Of a stretch of DNA of 64,000 nt, positions 56,896-64,000 are shown piece by piece. The position numbers and the translations under genes are program-made. The DNA lies in assembly GCA_964524045.1 (NCBI GenBank), contig CAZGBQ010000003.1, positions 1,488 through 65,487 on the forward strand, given 5' to 3'. Numbering within the stretch: the first letter of the stretch is position 1; each line of letters begins with the position of its first letter. This DNA comes from an uncultured Acidobacteriaceae bacterium (GTDB lineage: Bacteria; Acidobacteriota; Terriglobia; Acidiferrales; UBA7541). The notes under the pieces were generated by a model. It was not told the origin of the DNA, ran no database searches, and was given only the letters and a program-made list of their open reading frames with translations.

Positions 56896-58905
56896 TCAGT
56901 ATCTCAGGTCGAAATTCAAAAGATGCCAGTGATAGATGAACCAGAAAAAGCCCACGCATCCGAAGGCGAGCAGCGTGTTCCAAATCTTGTACCATCCCCA
57001 CTGCGCGGAGTCGCCCCAGGATTTGACGCTGTTGTAGATGGCGAGCAGCGCGCCGAGGCCGAGGAGCACCCCGAGCGCTTGCAGCAGATGAATCTTCCAG
57101 TCGCCCGAAGCTCCCAAGGCCAGCTTTTCCAGCGCCTGCAGCACCAGCGCCACACCAATCAGGTAAACCGCCACGGCGATGCAAACAATGTGCATGAGCC
57201 TGCGCAAGCGTCGTGCCTGCGGGCTCAGCGTCAATGGCTTTCCGTAATGCTTCCTCAGGATGGCGGCCACCGGCCACAACAGAAGCGTGAGCGCGATTGC
57301 GCCAAGACTGCAACCGACGATCACGTAATTCAGGATCTTGTTGTCCAGCGCGCCGTCCACCGGCTGAAACACCATAAAGGGATAATCGATATACGCCGTC
57401 ATGTGGCTGTTGGCGTCGTTCTGGAACGCGATTTTTTCATGTCCGTCCACCGCGCGGAAAACCATCGGCGCGATTTCACGAAAGTGTTTTGACTTGCCGT
57501 TCAAATCCTTGAAGCCATCATCAATATAAATGGTGTTGTCCTTCGCATCGGCGGCAATCTTGGCTTCGCCGAGAACCGTGGTCACCGCCAGAAGATTCGT
57601 TTCGAACCGCCGGCTGACTTTGTACAGACCCGCAACCTTTTGTGCGTCTTGCGCGGCAGTGGACAGAGTTGGTTCGTTCGTGGGCGGCACCGGGAAATAG
57701 CGGTCCATGAATTTGTCGAACAGCACGGTTCGCGGACTGATGTCGTCTTTTCCCGCGCTATTGTAAGAAACAAAAAATCCGACGTTCGAATCCAGCAGCA
57801 GGTGCAGGTCGCTGTGGAACCACTGCGTGTCGCCGCCGTGCCCGATGATGCGCTGACCGTTGCGCGATTCTTCGTAGAAGCCCAGGCACATCGCGTTCAT
57901 CGACGCCGGCCAGCCCTGTTGCCGCTGATGCATCTGCACCGCGGTTTCCGGCTTCAGAATTTGTGCGTCACCATACCGCCCGTTTTGCAAGTGGGCGATC
58001 ATAAAATGTGTCATCGACTCTGCCGACGCCGAAACCGAGCCCGCCGGCGCAGCTTCGACGTACTCAAAGTCCTTCGCCTTGTCCGAGCCTAACTGGTATC
58101 CATGAGACATGAGCGGCTTCAGCCCTTCCGGCAGCGGCTGGCGGAACGTGGCGTGCTCCATTCCCAAAGGCTTGAAAACGTGCGCTTCGACGTAATCATC
58201 GAAAGGCAGCCCGGAGACGCGCTGCACGATGTAAGCGGCCATGGTCGTCGCGTAATTTGAATAAGCCGGCGTGGTGCCAGGCGGAAAGATTCGTGCGGGC
58301 AAATGCGTCGGCAGGTAGTGCGCGATAGGGCTCAATTCTTTTTCAGAACCGACGAATAATTCCTTGACCGTCTCTTCGAAGCCCGGACGATGCGTCATGA
58401 TGTCGCGCAGCGTGATGGGCTTGCCCCAGGCCGGCGGAATCTTGAAGTCGATGTAATCATTTACATCATGATCCAAATCGATCTTGCCCTGCTCCACGAG
58501 CTGCATTACGGAAGTCCAGGTGAACAGCTTGGAAATCGAGCCGGGACGAAACAACGTATTTTCAGGCGAAACGGGAACCTTTTTTTCGTAGTCCGAGTAT
58601 CCATATCCCTTGGCGAAGAGAAGCTTGCCGTCCTTCACCACAGCGATCACTGCGCCCGCAATGTCCGCGCGGCCGATTTGTACCGGCATGAATCCATCCA
58701 AGAAGCTTTCCAGGTCGGTTGCGGTGAGTTGCGGCGCAGTTTTTGTCGCCGGTTCTGCAGTCTTCGCTGCCACTTGTTTTTGCGGCATCGCCGCTTTCGC
58801 ATCAGGCGCCTGCGCGCGCGTAGGTGCCACACTGAGCAGCGACGCGGCGAAAACCGCCAAGACAGAGATACACGCCGACAAAGCTGGGATCCTTGTATGC
58901 GCCAT
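56896..58905 (-). CDS. serine hydrolase (class C beta-lactamase-like) with C-terminal TM helices
   Basis: FRPGSISK (SxxK); AYSN (YxN); GHGGD; signal peptide; hydrophobic C-terminus. Confidence 0.9.
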   Translation of the reverse strand: MAHTRIPALSACISVLAVFAASLLSVAPTRAQAPDAKAAMPQKQVAAKTAEPATKTAPQLTATDLESFLDGFMPVQIGRADIAGAVIAVVKDGKLLFAKGYGYSDYEKKVPVSPENTLFRPGSISKLFTWTSVMQLVEQGKIDLDHDVNDYIDFKIPPAWGKPITLRDIMTHRPGFEETVKELFVGSEKELSPIAHYLPTHLPARIFPPGTTPAYSNYATTMAAYIVQRVSGLPFDDYVEAHVFKPLGMEHATFRQPLPEGLKPLMSHGYQLGSDKAKDFEYVEAAPAGSVSASAESMTHFMIAHLQNGRYGDAQILKPETAVQMHQRQQGWPASMNAMCLGFYEESRNGQRIIGHGGDTQWFHSDLHLLLDSNVGFFVSYNSAGKDDISPRTVLFDKFMDRYFPVPPTNEPTLSTAAQDAQKVAGLYKVSRRFETNLLAVTTVLGEAKIAADAKDNTIYIDDGFKDLNGKSKHFREIAPMVFRAVDGHEKIAFQNDANSHMTAYIDYPFMVFQPVDGALDNKILNYVIVGCSLGAIALTLLLWPVAAILRKHYGKPLTLSPQARRLRRLMHIVCIAVAVYLIGVALVLQALEKLALGASGDWKIHLLQALGVLLGLGALLAIYNSVKSWGDSAQWGWYKIWNTLLAFGCVGFFWFIYHWHLLNFDLRY

Positions 58906-58995
58906 CTTTTTCCCTCGCAATTAGAAATACTTACGTGGCCCGGTGAAACGGATTCTAATGAAATATCATGGCGAACGCTCGCCAAAACTGGCGGT

Positions 58996-60138
58996 TCATT
59001 CGCCACTCGCGACTGAAACAGGCGCCGGCTTCGCGCGAAAGACTTCTTGGCGCACAGTGCACTGCTCGATCCTCTTGCGCCGCACTGTATATCCTAATCC
59101 GGGCGTAGACGGCACTTCGATTGTGCCGCGCGGACTGACTTCTACTTCGGGCTCGATGATGTCCTCGTGCCAATAGCGCTGACTGGCGGAAACGTCGCCT
59201 GGGAGAGTGAATCCGGGAAGCGAGGACATCGCAATGTTATGCGCGCGGCCCACGCCGGTCTCCAACATGCCCCCGCACCACACCGGCACAGAGCGGTTGC
59301 GGCAGACCTCTTCTACGCGCCGGGCTTCGCTGTGTCCGCCGACACGTCCGAGCTTGATGTTGATGATCCGGCAAGCCTTCATTTCAATGGCTGCGCGCGC
59401 ATGATTGGCATTGTGGATGGATTCGTCGAGGCACAGCGGCGTGCGAATCTGGGCCTGGAGCCGAGCATGATCGAAAGTGTCGTCCCATGCTAGCGGCTGC
59501 TCGATCATCATCAAATCGAAAGCATCGAATTCCTTGAGGTGCGCGGCCTGCTCCAACCCGTAAGCAGAGTTGGCATCCACCATTAGCTTTACCGCGGGAA
59601 ATTTCTTGCGAACAGCGGCAATAAACTCCAGATCCTTACCTGGTTTGATCTTGATTTTGATGCGCTGATATCCGGCAGCCAGCTCTCTTTCTATGACGGG
59701 AAGCAACGCTTCGGGAGAGCTCTGGATTCCCAGGGAAACGCCGCAGGAGATTTCTTTCGCTGTGCCTCCAAGCAGGCGCGCGAGGGAAACTCCACGCCTT
59801 TGCGACTCGATGTCCCAGAGCGCATTTTCCAGTGCTGCTTTGGCCATCTCGTGACCGCGGATCGCACTCAGCAAAACCGGCAAATCGAAGGGACCATCTA
59901 TTTCTCCACCAAGTGCAATTGGCGCTAGAAAGTCGCAAAAGATGGACCACGCGGTATCGGTCGTTTCTGGACTGTAAAATGGCCCTACGCTAGCGGTGAC
60001 TTCTCCCCAGCCGCTAAGGCCGTCCGCGCACGCTTCCACAAGCACAATGCGGCGCTGCCGGATTGTTCCGAAGCTGGTTTCAAACGGATTCCTTAGACCA
60101 ACTTGAATTTCCCGGATTGTCAGCGTCTCGATCTTCAC
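58996..60138 (-). CDS. menC: o-succinylbenzoate synthase / N-succinyl-amino acid racemase (enolase superfamily)
   Basis: PFETSFG; RIKIKIKPG; VDANSAY; IEQPL; CLDES; NIKLGRVGG; WCGGMLE; PGDVSAS. Confidence 0.88.
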   Translation of the reverse strand: MKIETLTIREIQVGLRNPFETSFGTIRQRRIVLVEACADGLSGWGEVTASVGPFYSPETTDTAWSIFCDFLAPIALGGEIDGPFDLPVLLSAIRGHEMAKAALENALWDIESQRRGVSLARLLGGTAKEISCGVSLGIQSSPEALLPVIERELAAGYQRIKIKIKPGKDLEFIAAVRKKFPAVKLMVDANSAYGLEQAAHLKEFDAFDLMMIEQPLAWDDTFDHARLQAQIRTPLCLDESIHNANHARAAIEMKACRIINIKLGRVGGHSEARRVEEVCRNRSVPVWCGGMLETGVGRAHNIAMSSLPGFTLPGDVSASQRYWHEDIIEPEVEVSPRGTIEVPSTPGLGYTVRRKRIEQCTVRQEVFRAKPAPVSVASGE

Positions 60139-60216
60139 TGGGAGGTCACCTGCCCGGTTGCTGGGTAATACGCAGTGAAGCAGTTTCTTGTCTCGCTCTT
60201 TTCATGACCTAAGCCA

Positions 60217-62052
60217 CTATTTGCGCTTTGCGTGAAAGACACCATTCGGCTGATTGAAAACCGCCTCGGTGACTTTGCCGCTCGCGTCCGTCTGAAACTC
60301 GACACTGAAGCCGGGCAGGCCTTTCACGTCGAACGACTGTTCTTTGCGTGCTATCAGTTCGTATTGCGGCTGCCCCGGCACCGTGAGACGCAGGCTGTCG
60401 CCGGCAAGGGAAATAGTGACTGTCTGTTCGGCCAGAAGATACTCGCCCACGATCTTCTCCAAAGCTTCCTTGGAAAGCTTCGCGGGCGCTCGCGTGAAAA
60501 CGATGTCTTCTCCGAGCGCGAGCTCGAGCGCCCCAGTAATGCGATCAATATCGCCCTTTTTGTTCATTTCGAACTTGAACTTCTCGCCAGCCGCAACGCT
60601 TTCGGAGTCCTCGGGAACTTGAAACACGTCGTAGTGATAATGCTCAAGCGGAACCGGTCCCAGTTTGTTAAGGCTCAGCTCGAGAGCGTCGCCCTTGAGC
60701 ACAACTTTGATGGCGCCGTAGCCCGCATTTTGGTATTCGCCGGCGTAGTCTGCAAGGTTGTGCGAAGGATGCGTGCCTGTTTTCCGGTCCGTGGGCTTGT
60801 TTTTCTTTGCTTCGTCCTCTTCCTTCTTTCCTTTGGCCTCGAGTTCTTTGAACCGGTCAAACCAGGGCAATGGATCCAGCCCGAGCAAGTGATCGTAGAC
60901 GTTGTACGCGAGAACTTCCGGCGTTTGACCGTGGGGCAAATTCGTAAGAACCACGACGCCCATATGATCGTCGGGAAGCATGGACAGCAACGCATAAAAG
61001 CCATCAATGCCGCCGTTGTGCCAGACCAGATTGTGACCGCGATAGGAAGTGGCCACCCAGGCCAACCCGTAACTGAAATGGCCTAGTCCGGGAAAACTAA
61101 AGGCGGGCGGCGGATCAGGAATTGCTGTTTGTGGACTGTGCATTTCGCGAAGATCGCTCTCAGTCACAATGGTTTTGTCCGCATATTTCCCGTTGCCAAG
61201 CTGAAAAATCAAATAGTGCGACATGTCGTCGACACTGGAGTTGATGGAGCCGGCGGGGCCTACAGCGTCGATATTGTGAAAGGGAACTTTGGTCACGACG
61301 TCTTTCCTTAGTTCGTAGGGAAGGGCGTGATCGTCGGTTTTTTCGATATCGGTGACGGATAAATTGGAGTGCGACATCCCCAACGGAGCGAAGATTTTTT
61401 GCCGGATGCAGCCTTCCCATCCAAGACCGGTGAGCTTTCCTTCCAGGTAGCCCATTGTGGTAATGGTGAGGTTGTTGTACTGGTAGGCGCTGCGAAAGCC
61501 TTTGTTGGGCTTGAGTTCGTGGAGGCGAGCGACCAAATCTTCACGGCTGAAGTCCGACGAATACCAAACGAGGTCGTGACGGGGAAGACCAGTGCGATGA
61601 GAAAAAAGGTCGCGCGGCGTGGCCTGCTCGCCGGCGACCGGATCGTTCATCTCAAATTCGGGCAGATAGTTGCGGACGGGTTTGTCCCAATCGACCTTGC
61701 CTTCGTTCTTGAGAATGGCGAAAGTCAGAGCTGTGAAAGATTTTGTGATCGAGCCAATAGGAAACAGCGTCCCAGTCGTTACCGGTAGCTTCTGTTCCAG
61801 ATCGCGATAGCCGTATCCTTTGGCGTAGATGACCTTGCCATCTTGCACAACGGCAATCGCCACACCCGGCACCTTCCATTCCTTCATTGCTTGCGCGGCA
61901 AGCTCGTCCAGCCCTTGCAGCTTCGCCGCAGGCGTTGCCGTCGAGGCGGGCGCAGCAGAAGCAGGCTTCTTACCCTGAGCCTGTAGCGGGCTGCCAATTG
62001 CCCCCACAAGCAGCACGCACAGCGCTACAGAGAGCATCGATCTCCGCATCAT
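60217..62052 (-). CDS. secreted serine hydrolase (beta-lactamase-like) with DUF3471-like C-domains
   Basis: FPIGSITK; YQYNN; WHNGGIDG; YAGEYQNAGYG. Confidence 0.9.
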   Translation of the reverse strand: MMRRSMLSVALCVLLVGAIGSPLQAQGKKPASAAPASTATPAAKLQGLDELAAQAMKEWKVPGVAIAVVQDGKVIYAKGYGYRDLEQKLPVTTGTLFPIGSITKSFTALTFAILKNEGKVDWDKPVRNYLPEFEMNDPVAGEQATPRDLFSHRTGLPRHDLVWYSSDFSREDLVARLHELKPNKGFRSAYQYNNLTITTMGYLEGKLTGLGWEGCIRQKIFAPLGMSHSNLSVTDIEKTDDHALPYELRKDVVTKVPFHNIDAVGPAGSINSSVDDMSHYLIFQLGNGKYADKTIVTESDLREMHSPQTAIPDPPPAFSFPGLGHFSYGLAWVATSYRGHNLVWHNGGIDGFYALLSMLPDDHMGVVVLTNLPHGQTPEVLAYNVYDHLLGLDPLPWFDRFKELEAKGKKEEDEAKKNKPTDRKTGTHPSHNLADYAGEYQNAGYGAIKVVLKGDALELSLNKLGPVPLEHYHYDVFQVPEDSESVAAGEKFKFEMNKKGDIDRITGALELALGEDIVFTRAPAKLSKEALEKIVGEYLLAEQTVTISLAGDSLRLTVPGQPQYELIARKEQSFDVKGLPGFSVEFQTDASGKVTEAVFNQPNGVFHAKRK

Positions 62053-62075
62053 GGTTCCTTCCTCATTTCGACCAC

Positions 62076-64000
62076 TCAGAATTCGATGCGAAGGCCAACT
62101 TGCCCTTCGCGACCCGGCAGTCTTTGGGAAATCGTTCCGAACAGCGGACCGGTGCTTTGTTGAACCTGGATGGCCGCCGGATTGCCGTTGTTGAAGAGAT
62201 TGAAGAACTCAAAGAGACCCTGCACCTTAAACCTTTCGCGAATCACGAAAGTCTTGGCGACGCGGAGGTCCATATTTACGAAAGGCGGGGCGGCAAAGGC
62301 GTTTCGGCCGGTTTGCAGGTCGCGACCGTTGTAGTTCTGATTGCCGTCCTGGTCCAAAGGCACGGTCGCGGCTTCTGTATACCGGAAGCCGCTCTGCGCG
62401 CGGAAGAGGCTGCTAAATTGAATTTTCCAGGGCAATTCGACGAGCCCGTGAACTTCGAACGTGTGGCGCAAAGCAAAATCCGAAGGGCCGCTGTCGAGCT
62501 TTGCCCCATCATAGAACTTCCCGGCCTGCGGAACGAAATTTCCGTTACAGGCGAAGAAAGGCGATGTCGCGTTAGTTTTTGAGGGGCAGGTGACTGCGCC
62601 CGTTACCGGGTCTGTTGTTCCGGGGTCGGTGACGGTTGGAACAACTCCGCGGAAGCTGTCCGTCGGGAACCCGTTGCCACCACCAATAGCCCCGGTACCA
62701 AGGTTGGAGTTCAGCGCGTCATCGCGCTCCGAGACATACGCGTAACTGCCGCCCACTGTGAATCTGTGGCTCATCCGCTTTTCAAAAGAAAAGATCCCGC
62801 CGTCATATCTGCCGGAATACCACGGGCCAAAACCGTTAACTTGTACCAAGCCTCCGCCACTATTGGCGATACGCGCGTCAAAGGGAAGGTTTGTTTCCCG
62901 AACTCCGAGAATATTCTTAATGTCCTTGTGGTAGTAGTCTGCAGAGACAACCCAGTCGCTGCTAAGTTGACGCTGAACTCCGAGAGTGTAGCTGCGGCTG
63001 TAGGGCGTGGCAAAGCTCGGATCGATCGTCACCGGGAAGTTGCCTGGCGTGAAGATATTGAACGAGAGAGTACCAAATGGTCCCCAGATCCAGAAGCCCG
63101 GAGGGGCTCCGATGGCTGCGTCAGCGGCTGTGAGGAATTGGTCTGGAGCCAAGCCTGACAACTGCTGAACGTTCCCCATATTCACGGCGGAATTGGCAGG
63201 GATCGGCGTGGGTCCCAAATTATTAAGGTGGTCGACTCCGAATTGGGACGGTGCGCCCGGGTATCCAGGCCCAAAGGCACCAGGTGGAATACAAAAATCT
63301 GGCTGAGTCATTAATTGCGCGTCGGTTTCGGTCTGCGAAAGACACAAGCCAAAGAGCGCCGGAGCAATTGTTGGTATTCCGTAGAAGAGGCGCGGGAAAG
63401 ACAGCGGCTGACTCTCGCGGATGTCCGCTCCGCCGAAACCAGGAATGTCACGAGCGAGACCCAGACGGAAATGGTCGTAAAAAAGACCGAAGCTGCCACG
63501 GACGACGGTCTTGGGATCAACGGACCAGGCAAAGCCGATGCGCGGGGAGACGTTATCCTTTTTGTCGAAGGCCGAATCGTAGTCCCATCGGAGACCGGCG
63601 TTGATCGTCAGATTGTGCAGGACCTTCGAGTCATCTTGTATCCAGAAGCCATCGTAATTGTTGCGAAGTTTAATTTGATTGGCTTGGGGTGTGAGACCTC
63701 CAACCGTGGCGAGCAGAAACCAACCGGCGTCGATAGGGCCAAACTGCAAGAAGTCGGCCTCCGTAGTAAAGAGCTGGTTAAACTGGAGATTGGCTTCCAC
63801 GCCGTCGACGTGGGTACGTTCATAATCCCAGCCGAACTTGAGCGTGTGGCGACTAATTGTTTTGGCCAGGCTGGCACCAAAGGTGCCGTATTTCTGATCT
63901 AAGTTGGAGGGTGTGTAAGTAGCGCCGTAGCTGAACTGGCCCAGATCGCCGAAGATCCCAAATGTTCTATACGCGCTAAAGAGGTTGAAGAGCGTGTTGG
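62076..64000 (-). CDS. TonB-dependent receptor, 5'-partial
   Basis: Frame stays open to the window edge (NTLFNLFS...HTLKFGWDY...); QDD..INAGLRWD; ends GQVGLRIEF. Confidence 0.9.
   Translation of the reverse strand, partial: NTLFNLFSAYRTFGIFGDLGQFSYGATYTPSNLDQKYGTFGASLAKTISRHTLKFGWDYERTHVDGVEANLQFNQLFTTEADFLQFGPIDAGWFLLATVGGLTPQANQIKLRNNYDGFWIQDDSKVLHNLTINAGLRWDYDSAFDKKDNVSPRIGFAWSVDPKTVVRGSFGLFYDHFRLGLARDIPGFGGADIRESQPLSFPRLFYGIPTIAPALFGLCLSQTETDAQLMTQPDFCIPPGAFGPGYPGAPSQFGVDHLNNLGPTPIPANSAVNMGNVQQLSGLAPDQFLTAADAAIGAPPGFWIWGPFGTLSFNIFTPGNFPVTIDPSFATPYSRSYTLGVQRQLSSDWVVSADYYHKDIKNILGVRETNLPFDARIANSGGGLVQVNGFGPWYSGRYDGGIFSFEKRMSHRFTVGGSYAYVSERDDALNSNLGTGAIGGGNGFPTDSFRGVVPTVTDPGTTDPVTGAVTCPSKTNATSPFFACNGNFVPQAGKFYDGAKLDSGPSDFALRHTFEVHGLVELPWKIQFSSLFRAQSGFRYTEAATVPLDQDGNQNYNGRDLQTGRNAFAAPPFVNMDLRVAKTFVIRERFKVQGLFEFFNLFNNGNPAAIQVQQSTGPLFGTISQRLPGREGQVGLRIEF

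Noticed and set aside
1-64000. CRISPR array, cas genes or rRNA
   Set aside because: No regularly spaced repeats or matching motifs seen

Overview
Acidobacteria-like DNA (Oar-type TonB receptors, YncE propellers; taxon inferred from gene content) in four blocks. (1) 717-12032: a respiratory operon encoding a heme-c porin, cupredoxin, FAD/Fe-S NAD(P)H oxidoreductase, Rieske protein, copper nitrite reductase NirK placed between the Rieske and cytochrome b genes, split cytochrome b6/subunit IV, an octaheme and a monoheme cytochrome c, and a tandem-domain protein. It resembles anammox-type flavin-coupled Rieske/cyt b complexes. A divergent Cys-rich gene missed by the ORF track runs off the left edge. 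(2) 12094-46751: after a decayed tRNA-Asp 3' fragment, a catabolic/uptake region with Tat-type PrpD, MBL and amidase enzymes, three MFS genes (one frameshifted), four YncE propellers, a diheme-propeller fusion, two TonB receptors and an OmpR-family two-component system. Four promoters share the architecture AGAAATTAA-N7-TT(A/C)A-N22-TA(T/C)GCTC. (3) 46870-56763: IS66 and sigma-factor relics, a ~4.6 kb primase/integrase satellite-like element at tRNA-Leu(TAA) with readable arm sites, core sites and origin, a HigBA-type module, and a GC-rich ArsR-SRPBCC cassette. (4) 56896-64000: two serine hydrolases, OSBS/NSAR and a partial TonB receptor. All calls come from reading motifs by eye; no searches were run.
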